A stretch of DNA of 64,000 nt from positions 305,906-369,905 of the forward strand of contig JACKIE010000001.1 in the NCBI GenBank assembly GCA_020638635.1. The letters run 5' to 3'. The notes below the pieces were generated by a model that did not search any database, had not been told where the DNA came from, and saw only the letters and a program-made list of their open reading frames with translations. The stretch's first letter is position 1. Every line of letters begins with the position of its first letter. The position numbers were made by a program, and so were the translations under genes. This document shows positions 1-11,400 of the stretch, in pieces. The DNA is from Planctomycetota bacterium. Its GTDB lineage: Bacteria; Planctomycetota; UBA8742; UBA2392.

Positions 1-1181
1 CCCACCCCAACGTGATCAACCCCCTGCGCGTGTTCGGCCAGCATGTCTCGCAGACCGGCATCGTGTTCGCCGGCCTGGGCTGCGCCAACGGCTGCGACTT
101 CTGCTGCACCTCGCACTTCTTCAAGCGCCGCCACATCCGCCTGCTGCCCACGGGCCGCGACATCTACAACGTGGTGCGCAAGTACCACGAGATCGACCCG
201 GACATGAACATCATGATCATGGACGAGGATTTTTTGCTCAACCGCGAGCGCGCCCTGGAGTTCCGCGACTGCGTGATCGAGGGCGGCAAGCCGATCTCGG
301 TGTTCTGTTTCGCCAGCGTGCGCGCGCTGAGCCGCTTTACAGTCACCGAGATCATGGAGATGGGCATCGACGGCATCTGGATCGGCTACGAAGGCACGCG
401 CTCCGGCTTCGCCAAGCAGTCCGGCCGCCCGGTGGACGAGGTCTTCAACGAATTCCGCGAGCATGGCATCACGGTGCTGGCCTCCATGATCGTCGGCTTC
501 CCCTACCAGACGCCGGAGATCATCCAGGAAGAACTCGACGGGCTATTGGCACTCAAGCCTGCCTTCTCCCAGTTCCTGATTTACGGGCCGGTGCCGGGCA
601 CGCCGTTCTTTGACCGCGTGAAGAAGGAAGGCCTGTTCCACAAGGAAATCGAGGAAGACCCCAAGACCCACTACTGGCACAAGGGCACCGGCTTCTACTC
701 ATTGGTGAAGCACGAGACCATGACGGCACGACAGATCGAGGATCTGCAGGCAAGCTGCTTCAAGCAGGACTTTGAGCGGCTGGGGCCATCCATTTACCGC
801 GCCGTCGAGGTGTGGCTGAACGGCTACCTCAAGTGGAAAGACTCGCCCATCCCCATCATGCGCAAAAAGGCCGAGCTGTTCGCGCAGTTCGTGCGCAGCT
901 CATACCCGGCGTTCATGCCCGGGCGTGTGTTCGGCCCCACCCGCGAAACACGCCGCGCCCTCGGCCGGCTTGAGAAGCGCATCCACGAGGTACTGGGCAA
1001 GCCGAACCTCAAGGAGCGCGCACTGGCACTGGGCGCCGTGCCGGCCGCGGCCTGGACCGCGCTGACCCTTAAGCTGAACCTGTTCCAGCACCCGAAGCTG
1101 ATCCGCCGCGAATTCCGCATGCCGCAGCCCCGCCCCACGCCACCGTTGCGCATTCACACGGAAAGCCTGCCGGCCTCCTAG
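1..1181 (+). CDS. radical SAM protein, 5' end outside the window
   Basis: The frame is open to the window start. Cluster motif C-x3-C-x2-C occurs in GLGCANGCDFCC. TAG stop at 1179-1181. Confidence 0.7.
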   Translation, partial: HPNVINPLRVFGQHVSQTGIVFAGLGCANGCDFCCTSHFFKRRHIRLLPTGRDIYNVVRKYHEIDPDMNIMIMDEDFLLNRERALEFRDCVIEGGKPISVFCFASVRALSRFTVTEIMEMGIDGIWIGYEGTRSGFAKQSGRPVDEVFNEFREHGITVLASMIVGFPYQTPEIIQEELDGLLALKPAFSQFLIYGPVPGTPFFDRVKKEGLFHKEIEEDPKTHYWHKGTGFYSLVKHETMTARQIEDLQASCFKQDFERLGPSIYRAVEVWLNGYLKWKDSPIPIMRKKAELFAQFVRSSYPAFMPGRVFGPTRETRRALGRLEKRIHEVLGKPNLKERALALGAVPAAAWTALTLKLNLFQHPKLIRREFRMPQPRPTPPLRIHTESLPAS

Positions 1182-1663
1182 GTCAGTGGAAAGTCAAGGC
1201 CGGGCGGGATCGGCCGGCCGAGCAGGCGGGCCATGGCGGCGACTTGGCCCTGGTGCTGAAAGATGTGGGTCTGCGTGCGCAGGATGACCTGGGCTGGAAC
1301 AACCGCTATTTCTCGAGGACCCCAGGCAATTACCTTGCGGCTGGTGTTCAGTTCGGCCTCGCTCGCGCCGCGCAGGTACTCGGCCGTGACGCCTGCCACG
1401 CGTTGACGAAACGCGCGCAGGGCGTCAATCGACGCGTAGTCTTCCTCCAGTTCGTCCACCAGCATCAGGCCGCGCAGCACGCCGACCCAGTACTGCTCGG
1501 CCCCCATCACATGGTGCAGCTGCAGGCGGATCGAGGGGTACCCGAAGCCTTCCAGCTCCTGCGCCAGCAGCTCGCTTGAGAACCCCGCGCTATGCTCAAG
1601 CAGCTTCACCAGGCTGCGGTGCGTGCGCTGGTGAACGTCGGTCAACGCCGCGGAACTGTACAT
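1178..1663 (-). CDS. DinB-family (four-helix bundle) protein
   Basis: Start chosen at MYSSAALTDVHQRTHRSLVKLLEH (ATG at 1663). His-rich DinB-like pattern (HHVMGAEQYW, THIFQHQGQ). Confidence 0.6.
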   Translation of the reverse strand: MYSSAALTDVHQRTHRSLVKLLEHSAGFSSELLAQELEGFGYPSIRLQLHHVMGAEQYWVGVLRGLMLVDELEEDYASIDALRAFRQRVAGVTAEYLRGASEAELNTSRKVIAWGPREIAVVPAQVILRTQTHIFQHQGQVAAMARLLGRPIPPGLDFPLT

Positions 1664-1769
1664 GTTCAGCCTTTCGTTGCAGGGCAAAGCTGTTTCAAAC
1701 CAGCCCCGGCACCCAGTGATTTGCCCCAAGCCCGATTGCTATACTCCCGCGACTTCCAGGGAGAGCCGT

Positions 1770-2927
1770 ATGCGTATCTGCGTGTGGTTGGTTGCATTGT
1801 CAATGTGCGCCTCAGTGGTTGCCGCACAGGCCGAGTGGAACCCGGCCAAGACCAGGGTGTTCGCCGTGGGCGTGCTCAGCTTCCAGGACAAGTCGCTGGG
1901 CACCTGGCCCGACGAAGGACGCGTCGATGCCGAGATGATCGAGCAGCTCAAGAAGCGCGGCGTGCCCGAGGCCAACATCGTGTTTCTCACCAACGCCGAG
2001 GCCACCCGCGAGGCCGTCGAGAAGAAGCTGAATGAAAGCCTCGCCGCCAGCGCCGCCGACGAAACCTTCATCTTCTATTACGCCGGCCACGGCTGCCGCA
2101 ACTTCGACGACGACAAGCGCCCCGTAAGCCTGGTCTGCTACGACAGCATGCCGAAACAGGACAACTACTGGCGCCTGGGCGAAATCGTCGGCGCCATCGA
2201 GAAGGGGTTTAAAGGCAACGACGTGCTGGTCACGGCCGACTGCTGCCACTCAGGCGCTTTCATGGAAGAAGTCAAGGCGCTCGAGACCGCCAAGCATTGG
2301 GGCGTGCTGGCATCGGTGCAGCCGGGCAGCCGCAGCACCGGCAACTGGACCTTCACCCAGTGCCTGGCCGAGATGTACGCCGGCGACGCCCTGCACGACG
2401 CCGATGGCGACGGCAAGGTCACCCTGAAGGAAACCGCCGCCTACGCCAAGGACGAAATGGCCTTCAGCGAAGAGCAGCTCACCTGCAGCTTCTTCCGAGG
2501 CATGGAAGAAGCAACGGCCATGGCCACGGCCGGTGAAAAGAAGCCCGAACGCGTCGGCGAGCGTTGCGAAGCTGAGGACGAAGGCGAGTGGTACAAGGTG
2601 AAGATCATCGACGCCAAGGACGGCAGATTCCTTGTGGACTGGGTCGGCTGGGGCAAGAAGTGGAACCGCTGGCTCGAGGCCGACAAGCTGCGCCCCCACA
2701 AGCCGGAGGTGATCGCGGGCGGCACGGTGGTCGAGGTCGAGTGGGATGGCAAGTGGTACAAGGCCACGGTGATGCACGCCGAGAAGGGCCTGCACCTGGT
2801 GCACTACGAAGGCTTCCCCGATAGCGACGACGAGTACGTGCCCCGCAAGCGCATCCGCCTGCCCGGCGAGGAAAAGAAGGAAGGCAAGAAGAAGGAAGGC
2901 AAGAAAAAGGGCGACAAGAAGGACTAG
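1770..2927 (+). CDS. secreted caspase-like (peptidase C14) protein with two C-terminal Tudor/Agenet-like domains and a Lys-rich tail
   Basis: GGAGAG RBS upstream of ATG 1770. Signal peptide MRICVWLVALSMCASVVAAQA. Catalytic dyad contexts YYAGHG and TADCCHSG. Two W/Y-rich ~45-aa modules (GEWYKVKIIDAKDGRFLVDWVGWG; VEVEWDGKWYKATVMHAEKGLHLVHYEG). KKEGKKKEGKKKGDKKD tail. Confidence 0.75.
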   Translation: MRICVWLVALSMCASVVAAQAEWNPAKTRVFAVGVLSFQDKSLGTWPDEGRVDAEMIEQLKKRGVPEANIVFLTNAEATREAVEKKLNESLAASAADETFIFYYAGHGCRNFDDDKRPVSLVCYDSMPKQDNYWRLGEIVGAIEKGFKGNDVLVTADCCHSGAFMEEVKALETAKHWGVLASVQPGSRSTGNWTFTQCLAEMYAGDALHDADGDGKVTLKETAAYAKDEMAFSEEQLTCSFFRGMEEATAMATAGEKKPERVGERCEAEDEGEWYKVKIIDAKDGRFLVDWVGWGKKWNRWLEADKLRPHKPEVIAGGTVVEVEWDGKWYKATVMHAEKGLHLVHYEGFPDSDDEYVPRKRIRLPGEEKKEGKKKEGKKKGDKKD

Positions 2928-2940
2928 CGTACAACAGGAA

Positions 2941-2973
2941 AGCGCCACGGCCGGGCCGTGGCGCTTGTGTTTT
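2941..2973. terminator. bidirectional rho-independent terminator between the convergent caspase-like gene and gyrA
   Basis: Hairpin AGCGCCACGGCC-GG-GCCGTGGCGCT followed by TGTGTTTT on the plus strand. TTTCC follows on the minus strand. Confidence 0.6.
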
Positions 2974-3002
2974 AAGACAGCAGCAGGGCGCTCTTGCCCT
3001 TC

Positions 3003-5681
3003 CTACTCTTCCTCGGCCTGCTTGCCCTTCTTTTTCCTGGGCTTGGTCTCGGGTTCTTCTTCCTCGGCCTTCTCCTTGCCCTTCTTGTCGCCAGGGTAGG
3101 TCTCGATGCCCTTCTCTATCACCTTGTCCACGTGGGCCTGGGCCTCGGCCTGGTCGGCTTTCTCGAAGGCCTCTTCCTCGTTCATGATCTTCACCACGCT
3201 GGTGATCTCGTCGCCGTCTTCCACCCGCATCATGCGCACGCCCTGGGTGGCGCGCCCGATTTCGCGCAGGCTGTCTTCGGTTACGGCCGTGCGCAGCACC
3301 ACGCCGCCCCTGGTCATCAGCATGATCTCGTCGCCTTCGAAGATGCTTTTGGCGCTGACCACGTGGCCGGTCTTGTCGTTGATCTTGTAGTTGATGATGC
3401 CCTTGCCGCCGCGGCTCTGGATGCGGTAGTCGTCGAAGCTGCTGCGCTTGCCATATCCTTTACTGCAGATGCTCAGGAAGCTGGCGTTGCGGTTCACCAC
3501 GGCGGCGCCCACCACGATGTCGCCCTTGCGCAGGTCGATGCCGCGCACGCCCGCGGCCACGCGGCCCATGGTACGCGCGTCGGTTTCATTGAACCGGATG
3601 CTGTAGCCGTTGCGCGTCACCAGCACGATCTCGTCGCTGCCGTTAGTCAGCAGCACGTCGATCAGGCGGTCGCCTTCGTTCAGCTTGATCGCCCGGATGC
3701 CCTTCTTGGTGACGTTGCTGTACTCCTCGAGCTCGGTCTTCTTGACCGTGCCCTCGGCCGTGACGAACAGCAGCTTCTGGCCGGTGTCGAAGTTTCGCAC
3801 CTTGATGCAGGCGCTGACTTTTTCGACCTGGCTGATGTTCAGCAGGTTCACCAGCGCGCGCCCCTTGGCGGTCTTGCTGAACTCGGGGATGTCGTACACC
3901 TTCAGCCACAGCAGCTTGCCCAGGCTGGTGAAGACCAGCAGGTAGTCGTGGGTGCTGGCGATGAAGAAGTGCTCGACGTAGTCGCCTTCCTTCGCCTTGC
4001 TGCCGGTGCTGCCCATGCCGCCCCGGCGCTGGCGGCGGTAGGCCTCAAGCGGTACGCGCTTGATGTAACCCTCGGCGCTGATGGTTACCACCATCTGCTC
4101 GTCGGGGATCAGGTCCGTGATGTCAAATTCCTCGGCGCCGGCTGCCTGGATTTCCGTGCGGCGCTCGTCGCCGTGGCGCTTCTTCACGTCAGCCAGGTCG
4201 TCCTTGATGATGCCCAACACGCGGGCCTCGCGGGCCAGGATGTCCATCAGGTCGGCGATCTCGGCCAGCAGCGCGGCGTACTCTTCCTCCAGCTTGTCGC
4301 GCTCGAGGCCGGTCAGCTTGCTGAGCGTCATGGCCAGGATTGCGTCGGCCTGCGCGCGCGTGAGCGTCTCGTTGCCCTCGATGGTGTGGCCGCCCTCGGT
4401 CTTCACCTTCTTGGGGAACTTCAAGGCCATCAGCTTTTCGCGCGCTTCGTTCACGTCTTTTGACGCGCGGATCAGCTTGATGATCTCGTCCATCTTCGTG
4501 AGGGCGAGCAGCAGGCCGATCACGATGTGCTGGCGCGCGCGGGCCTTGTTCAGCAGCCAGCGCGTGCGGCGCAGGATCACTTCCTTGCGGTGGTCGCGGT
4601 ACGCCTCGCACAGCTGCTTCAGGTTCAGGGTATGCGGGCGGCCCTCGACGATCGCGATGTTGATGATACTGAAGCTCTGCTGCAGCTGGGTGTGCTTGTA
4701 CAGCTGGTTCAGCACGATGTTCGGGTCGTCGCCGCGCTTGACCTCGACTACCAGCCGGATGTCCTTTTTGCTGTAGTCGTTGATGTCGTTGACGCCCGTG
4801 ATGCTGCCCGCGCGCACCAGGCCCGCGATGCGGTCAATCAGCGCCGCCTTGTTCACCTGGTACGGAATTTCCGTGATCACCAGGTTGGTCTTGCCGTGGT
4901 CGCCCTGCTCGATCTCAACGCGGCCGCGCACGGTGACGATGCTGCGCCCGGTCTTGTAGGCCTCGCGGATCGGCTTCACGCCGCAGATCACGCCGCCGGT
5001 GGGGAAATCAGGGCCTTTCACGATCTTGCACAGGTCGTCGATGCTGCATTCCGGGTTGTCCACCACGTGGGTGATGGCGTCGCAGATCTCGTTCACGTTG
5101 TGCGGCGCCATGGAGGTCGCCATGCCCACCGCGATGCCGGCCGTGCCGTTACACAGCAGGTTGGGAAACTTGCCTGGCAGCACCGTGGGTTCTTTGCGGG
5201 TGCCCTCGAAGTTGTCGATGAAATCGACGGTGTCCTTGTCGAGGTCTTCCAGCATGTCCGTGGCGGCGCGGGTCATGCGCGCCTCGGTGTATCGCATGGC
5301 GGCGGGCGGGTCGCCGTCGATGGTGCCGAAGTTGCCCTGCGGGTCCACCAGCATGTAACGGGTGTTGAAGTCCTGGCCCATGCGCACCAGCGTGGGGTAG
5401 ACCACTGATTCGCCGTGCGGGTGGTAGTTGCCGGATGTGTCGCCGCAGATCTTGGCGCACTTGCGGTGCTTGGCGGTGGCGCCCAGGTTCAGGTCATGCA
5501 TGGCCACCAGCACGCGGCGCTGGGACGGCTTCAAACCGTCGCGCACGTCCGGCAAGGCGCGGCTGACGATCACCGACATGGCGTAGGTCAGGTACGACTC
5601 GCGCATTTCGTCGGCGATGTTCAGCGGCTCGATACGGCCGTCAGAGGGCGGTGTGGTTGCGGCAGGTTCCTTCTTGGCCAT
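3003..5681 (-). CDS. gyrA: DNA gyrase subunit A
   Basis: 892 aa. N-terminal [34 protein letters not shown] and the active-site region [17 protein letters not shown] are typical GyrA. Charged C-terminal tail. Confidence 0.97.
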   Translation of the reverse strand: MAKKEPAATTPPSDGRIEPLNIADEMRESYLTYAMSVIVSRALPDVRDGLKPSQRRVLVAMHDLNLGATAKHRKCAKICGDTSGNYHPHGESVVYPTLVRMGQDFNTRYMLVDPQGNFGTIDGDPPAAMRYTEARMTRAATDMLEDLDKDTVDFIDNFEGTRKEPTVLPGKFPNLLCNGTAGIAVGMATSMAPHNVNEICDAITHVVDNPECSIDDLCKIVKGPDFPTGGVICGVKPIREAYKTGRSIVTVRGRVEIEQGDHGKTNLVITEIPYQVNKAALIDRIAGLVRAGSITGVNDINDYSKKDIRLVVEVKRGDDPNIVLNQLYKHTQLQQSFSIINIAIVEGRPHTLNLKQLCEAYRDHRKEVILRRTRWLLNKARARQHIVIGLLLALTKMDEIIKLIRASKDVNEAREKLMALKFPKKVKTEGGHTIEGNETLTRAQADAILAMTLSKLTGLERDKLEEEYAALLAEIADLMDILAREARVLGIIKDDLADVKKRHGDERRTEIQAAGAEEFDITDLIPDEQMVVTISAEGYIKRVPLEAYRRQRRGGMGSTGSKAKEGDYVEHFFIASTHDYLLVFTSLGKLLWLKVYDIPEFSKTAKGRALVNLLNISQVEKVSACIKVRNFDTGQKLLFVTAEGTVKKTELEEYSNVTKKGIRAIKLNEGDRLIDVLLTNGSDEIVLVTRNGYSIRFNETDARTMGRVAAGVRGIDLRKGDIVVGAAVVNRNASFLSICSKGYGKRSSFDDYRIQSRGGKGIINYKINDKTGHVVSAKSIFEGDEIMLMTRGGVVLRTAVTEDSLREIGRATQGVRMMRVEDGDEITSVVKIMNEEEAFEKADQAEAQAHVDKVIEKGIETYPGDKKGKEKAEEEEPETKPRKKKGKQAEEE

Positions 5682-5824
5682 GTGGTCCTCTCAGAAGATG
5701 CCGCAATTTAGCGGGTTTGGCCGCGATAACAAGCGGCAAACGGACCGGGCAATCGCCCGCAAACCCGCTTGGTGAAGGGCATCACATCCCGTTGGCAAGT
5801 TGTGGAACGATTGCGGGCAACCAG

Positions 5825-7924
5825 CTACAGCTTGACGTCAATGCTCGCGAACAGCAGCTCTTCGGCCTGGGGCGCGGGCACCGGGCGGCCGAACAGGTAG
5901 CCCTGTGCCCAGCGACAGCCGTGGTCGTGCAGGAACTTGAGCTGGCCCGAATGCTCGATGCCCTCGGCAATCACCCGCAAGTTCATGGCCTCGGCCAGGG
6001 CGAGGATCGAGGTGCTGATCGCCACATGGTCCTTGTCGTGGGGCAGGCCGCTGATGAAGGAGCGGTCCAGCTTGATTGCCTCAACAGGCAGTTTGCCCAG
6101 GTAGCTGAACGAGCTGTAGCCGGTGCCGAAGTCGTCGATGGAAATGCCGATGCCCATGGCCTTGAGTTCGTCCAGGGCCTGCAGATCGCCCTTGGAGTAA
6201 TCGACGAACACGCTCTCGGTCAGTTCGAGTTTCAGCGCCGAAGTCGGCAGGCCGGTGTCGCGCAGCACGTCGCGCACCATGCTGACCACGTCTTCGCGCT
6301 GCAGCTGGTAGGCCGACAGGTTGACGCTGATGATGGTGGGCTCGCCGAACTGGTCCATCCACTGGCGGTTCTGGCGGCACGCCGCGTGCAGGACTTGGCG
6401 GCCCAGCGCGCAGATCAGCCCGGTTTCCTCGGCCACGGGGATGAAATCGGCCGGCGAGACCATGCCGCGGCCGGGCTGCATCCAGCGCACCAGGGCCTCG
6501 TAGCCCGCCACGACACGCTTATGCAGATCCACCACGGGCTGGTAGAACACGACGATCTCCTCCGTGCCGATGGCGCGCCGCAGGTCGGTCTCGATGCGCA
6601 TCATCATGACCGTCTGGCTGTGCATCTCGATGTCGAACACCTCGTAGCGCGCACGGCCCTTTTCCTTGGCGCGGTACATGGCGATATCGGCGTGGCGCAG
6701 CAGGTCTTCGGCGTCGCCTGAGCCTTCCTGGCTGAGCGCGATGCCGATGCTCGCGCTGGCCTTCACGTCCGTGCCACGCACGACGACTTCCGGCTCCAGC
6801 GCTGAATGGATGCGTTCCGCCAGGTGTACCGCGTTGCGCAGATCATGCACGTCTTCAATCACCACCGCGAACTCGTCGCCACCCAGGCGCGCAACGGTGT
6901 CGGCCGGTCGAACGGCGCTCATGAGACGCCGCGACACTTCCAGGATCAGCTGGTCGCCGGCCGTGTGGCCCATGCAGTCGTTGACCAGCTTGAAGCGGTC
7001 GAGGTCAACCAGCAGCACCGCGCAGCGGCATCCCGGCTGGTCGTCGCGGCGTTTGAGCAGGTGGTTGATGCGGTTCATGGCGAGCGCGCGGTTGGGCAGG
7101 CCGGTAAGCTTGTCGTGGAAGGCGTCGTGCAGAATCTGGCGCTCGATGCGCTTCTTTTCGCTGATGTCGCGAATCACCGCTATGTAGAGGCGTTTGCTGC
7201 CTCCTTCCACTTCGCTGATGGTGACCTCGGCGTCGATCAGGCGTCCGTCGCTGCGGCCGGCCACGAATTCGCGCGGGGTGCGCAACTGTTTGCGGACGTC
7301 GCCGGTGCCGGCCCTGCCGGGGAGTGGCAGAATGGGTATGCCGCCTTCGCCGGGGAACAGGCAGCCGATGTCGGCGCCGATCAGGTTCTCGGCGCTGAAG
7401 CCGTACATCTCGCAGATCGCGGCGTTGGCGGTGACGATGCGCCCGCCGTGGTCGAAAGTGACGATGCCGTCGGCGGCGGCCTCCAGGATTGCCTCGGTCT
7501 CGATGGTGAACTGCAGCAACGAGGCTTCGATTTCGGATAGCCGGCGCTTGGTGCGGATCATCTCCAGCGCCCGGGCCAGCGCACTCGGCAGCCGGTCCAG
7601 GAAATCGGTGTCCTTCACGATGTAGTCCACCGCGCCGCGTTTCATCAGCTCCACGGCCAATGACTCGTTGCCCTGGCCGGTGGTAATGATGAACGGGAAG
7701 CTCTTGCCGTTTTTCTCAAGCTGATCGAGCAGGTCCAGGGCCCGCATGTCGGGCAGGATGTTGTCGATCAACAGCAGGTCCGCGCTGTAATCAAGCAGCC
7801 ACTGCACGGCCTGGGTGCCCGTGTCCACCGTGACGGGCTCGCACTCGACCTTGGCCACGGCGTTGCTGACCAGCTTCGCCACGCCGGGGTCGTCCTCGAT
7901 GATCAGGACCTTGGGGGTAACCAT
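5825..7924 (-). CDS. response-regulator receiver / PAS / GGDEF / EAL protein (c-di-GMP turnover)
   Basis: AAGGAGG RBS. REC N-terminus (KVLIIEDDPG), PAS segment, GGDEFAV motif and EAL motif (YEALVRW). Confidence 0.9.
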   Translation of the reverse strand: MVTPKVLIIEDDPGVAKLVSNAVAKVECEPVTVDTGTQAVQWLLDYSADLLLIDNILPDMRALDLLDQLEKNGKSFPFIITTGQGNESLAVELMKRGAVDYIVKDTDFLDRLPSALARALEMIRTKRRLSEIEASLLQFTIETEAILEAAADGIVTFDHGGRIVTANAAICEMYGFSAENLIGADIGCLFPGEGGIPILPLPGRAGTGDVRKQLRTPREFVAGRSDGRLIDAEVTISEVEGGSKRLYIAVIRDISEKKRIERQILHDAFHDKLTGLPNRALAMNRINHLLKRRDDQPGCRCAVLLVDLDRFKLVNDCMGHTAGDQLILEVSRRLMSAVRPADTVARLGGDEFAVVIEDVHDLRNAVHLAERIHSALEPEVVVRGTDVKASASIGIALSQEGSGDAEDLLRHADIAMYRAKEKGRARYEVFDIEMHSQTVMMMRIETDLRRAIGTEEIVVFYQPVVDLHKRVVAGYEALVRWMQPGRGMVSPADFIPVAEETGLICALGRQVLHAACRQNRQWMDQFGEPTIISVNLSAYQLQREDVVSMVRDVLRDTGLPTSALKLELTESVFVDYSKGDLQALDELKAMGIGISIDDFGTGYSSFSYLGKLPVEAIKLDRSFISGLPHDKDHVAISTSILALAEAMNLRVIAEGIEHSGQLKFLHDHGCRWAQGYLFGRPVPAPQAEELLFASIDVKL

Positions 7925-7946
7925 CGCCTCCTCCTTTCGCGCCGCG

Positions 7947-8378
7947 CTATTCCTCGAGCGGCGGCACGCGCATGATGTGCAGGAACATTCCCAGCCGCTT
8001 GATCACGTCCACGAACTCGTCGTAATCCACGGGCTTGGTGATGTAGTCGTTGCAGCCGAGCTCGTGGCAGCGCCGGATCTCCTGGGGCTCGTCCGTGGTG
8101 GTCAGCATGATCACCGGCATCAGCCGCAACTTCGAGTTCGCCTTCACGTGCTTCAGCACCTCGTCACCGCTTACCTTGGGCATGCGGATGTCCAGCAGCA
8201 GCAGGTAGGCGTTCTCGAAGTCCACGTGCTCGCTGCCGTTTTGCTTGTCCGCCAGGAAGTCCAGCACCTGCTGCCCGTCCTCGAAGCGACGGATGGTGTT
8301 GCGGATCCCCACGGTGCGAAGGTTGTTCTTCACCAGCGTGGCGTGGCCGGGGTCGTCCTCGGCTAACAGAATTTCCAT
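7947..8378 (-). CDS. single-domain response regulator (REC only)
   Basis: Start moved to MEILLAEDDPG (ATG 8378) behind an AGGAGGA RBS. DIRMPKVSG phospho-acceptor context. Confidence 0.85.
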   Translation of the reverse strand: MEILLAEDDPGHATLVKNNLRTVGIRNTIRRFEDGQQVLDFLADKQNGSEHVDFENAYLLLLDIRMPKVSGDEVLKHVKANSKLRLMPVIMLTTTDEPQEIRRCHELGCNDYITKPVDYDEFVDVIKRLGMFLHIMRVPPLEE

Positions 8379-8400
8379 CTTGGCGTTCCTCCTCTTTGCG

Positions 8401-11400
8401 TCAGGTGCGGTTTGAGTCATGGCTGCTGTTCCCCGTGGTTGCCGCGCCGACACGCCTGACAGGCTGTGCCGGTACGGTTATGACAAATCGACTGCCCTTG
8501 CCCTGTTCCGAATCGACACGGATGTCGCCCCCGTTGCGCTCCAGGATGCGCCGCACGGCCGCCAGCCCCAGGCCGTCGCCGTCGATGCCATCCTTGGGGT
8601 TCAGGCGGTGGAACACTTCGAAAATCACTGCCAGGTGGTTCTTCGCGATGCCCAGGCCGTTGTCGGAAAACGTGTATTCGACCATCCCTTCCACTTCGCG
8701 GCCGCTGACCACGATCTCGGCCGGCCGGTCGGGCGAGCGGTACTTGATGGCGTTGTCCAGCAGGTTGGAGCAGACCTGGCTGAGCTGGTCCGGGTCCATG
8801 TAGCATGGCGGCAGCGGCTCTACTTTCACATCCACCTCGCGTTCGTTGATCACGAACTGCATGGCGCCTACCACCTCGCTCATCAGTGCATTCATGTCGA
8901 CGACGGAGGGGTGTAGGACTGAGCGCCCCAGGCGCGAAAGCCGCAGCAGGCCCTTGATCAGGCGGTCCATCTTGCGGGTGCTTGAGTCGATGTAGCCCAG
9001 CGCCTCAGGGATGTCCTCGCGCAGCAGCGGGGTAACTTCCTCGCGCAGCTCTTCCTTGAGCGCGCCGTTGGACAACAGCTCGTTGAGCCGCGACACGGAG
9101 TCCGCCATCTGGCGGCTGAAGCCCTGCAGGTTCACCAGGGGCGAACGCAGGTCGTGCGAAGCGACGTACACGATGCTCTCAAGCTCTTTGTTCACCTGGC
9201 GCAGGCGCTGCTCGCTCATGACGATGGCCTGCTGGGCCCGGCGGCGCTCCGTGATGTCGCGCACCGAGGCGACCACCATGGGGCGACCGTCGAAGCTGAG
9301 CGGGCTGAGACTGACTTCGACCGGTACGGAGTCGCCATCCTTGTTCACGCCGGCCAGTTCGCGTCCAGCGACCATGGACCGGATGTCGGGGGAAGCAGCG
9401 TAGGCCGTGCGCTGCCCGACGTGGGCTTCGCGCAGGTGCTCCGGCAAGAGGATTTCAACCTTCTGCCCGATCGCCTCATCGCGGGTCCAGCCGAACAAGC
9501 TCACCGCTCGGCGGTTGAACTCGACGATGGTTCCATTCTCGTTCACCAGGATGGTGGCGTCCGGGGCGGAGGCCACCAGGGCCTCGAAGCGCGCGGCGTT
9601 TTCCTCGGCGTGGGTCACCGCGCGCTGCAGCTCTACGTTGCTGCGCTCGACATCTTTCAGCAGCTTCTCGCGCTCTTCGGCCGCCTTCACCCGTTGGGTG
9701 ATGTCGCGGATCACCCAGGCGAACTTGCGCCCTTCCGCGGTCTTGAATGCCGAGATCGCCACGGTTGCGGGGAATTCGTTTCCATCCAGCATTCTGCCGC
9801 GACCCTCGGACTGGGAGCCCGCCAGGTCCTCCATGCGGCTGGTGCGAACCTTGCTGACCAGCAGGTCCGGCAGGCCGCCGCTCTGCACCACCAGGCTGTC
9901 CACGCCCTTGCCTACCAGTTGCTCGCGTGTGCCGCGGAACATGGAAGCGGCCGATTCGTTTACTTCCTCGATGCGGCCGTTGGCGTCCACGATCAGCACC
10001 GCGTCCAGCACGGAGGCGAACAGGTTGGCAAGCTTTTCCTCGCGCTCTTCCAGCTGGTTCATGCTGTCGGTCAACCGCTCGGCGTTGGCTCTGGCGGTGC
10101 GTCCAAGCTGGACGCTGAGCCCCAGCAGGTTGGCGAGGATCAGGCCGGCCAGCAGGATCGATTCCGCAATGCGCGAGCGTGCGTTGGCCACATAGGACAC
10201 GGTGGGAGAGATAGTGATGTCCCAGCTCTCTCCACCGACGCGAAAGTCGGACCTGGCGTCGAAAGCGGCCTCTTCGAGAGTCTGAGCCTTCTGCTGCTCA
10301 AGAATGGAACCGCCGGGGCTGCTCAACTCGAATTCGAACTCATTCCAGGCCTTCTCGGGGATAAACCGCCGCAGGTACCTGTCGGCGTCGATCAGCGCCA
10401 GGGCCAGTCCCTCGTTGGCTCCGCGCTGATCGATGGCGGCGACAATCAGAAATCCCTTGCGTCCTTCCGGCAGCAAAACGGGACCATGCAGGAACGAGAT
10501 GCGGTCCGTAAGCCTTACACCGGCCTGTGATGAGGCCGTCTTCACCACGCTTTCGACGTAAATCCGGTCGTCGTTGCGCCCTGCCTCAGAGACATACTCA
10601 AACTCCCCACCGCGCTTGACCCACACGGCCAGGACCATTCCGGGGATATCCTTCACGTACGCCCGGGCGTCGGCATGCCAGGACTCCGATGCGAATACCG
10701 GGTTCTGCTCGATACGCAGGGCCATGCGCTCCATCGCCTTGCGCGACTGGTTGGTCTCAAGCGCCACCTCGGAGGCCAGCTGCTCGACCTCGGCGCTTCC
10801 CTGGGCCCGGATTACCTCGGTCTCGCGGACCTCCAGGTACATCGCCAACGCGACCACTGCCGCCGACACCCCGAAGGAGACCACGACCGCCACCACGGAT
10901 ATCGGTGAGCGCAGCGTCTCGGACAATTCGCGCCAGGCATGCCGGATCACGCCAAGGGCAAGCAGCAGGGCGCAGACCGCCGTCATGACCGACATGCCGG
11001 TCAGGATGCCCCAGCCGAAACCGACGAGCAGATTGCCGAAATAGCCGGTGAAGGCGAACGTCGCGTAGCCCAGTGCCAGGGTCCCCAGCACACTCGCGCC
11101 CAGCCGTTGCCACAGGCTGGGACGCAGCAGCAGCATCGCCCCAGTCGCGATGAACAGAAAGGAAAACGCGGAGGCCGAGGACATGCGGCCGCGGGAAGAG
11201 ACGTGATCTTCCGTGAAGGGCGAAACCAGCAAGGTGTCCAGGAAGATGTGTTCAATGTCCGCGTAGTTGGCTATCAGGGTGAGGGTGCAGATCGCAACCA
11301 CGCAACCGCCACAGGCCAGCACCAGCCGCCTGCGCCGGCCGGCAACGCCCCACACCGCAACGGAACACAGCAGTACAGAGAGTGCCGTGGTGAGCTGCAT

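Noticed and set aside
1178-1181. Convergent radical-SAM and DinB genes sharing overlapping stop codons in the palindrome CTAG.
   Set aside because: This is a real overlap, but a trivial consequence of TAG stops on both strands. No functional inference is warranted.
2994-4463. 489-aa plus-strand ORF, and many similar long ORFs such as 9154-10530, 16073-17425, 28953-30224, 37509-38954, 47484-49511, 50954-52384 and 60621-62402.
   Set aside because: Each lies antisense to, or out of frame with, a gene with clear family motifs (gyrA, the sensor kinase, the FG-GAP gene, mnmG, the dehydrogenase, the DLP, the PA14 gene, the FHA gene). Their Ala/Gly/Arg/Leu/Val-rich or Ser-rich low-complexity translations are what a high-GC genome produces from stop-poor non-coding frames.
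5710-5769. 10-bp stem (AGCGGGTTTG...CAAACCCGCT) with a 40-nt loop in the gyrA upstream region, considered as a regulatory RNA.
   Set aside because: It is a single long-range stem without further support. It could equally be the terminator of the upstream-oriented neighbour. Not distinctive enough to report as a finding.
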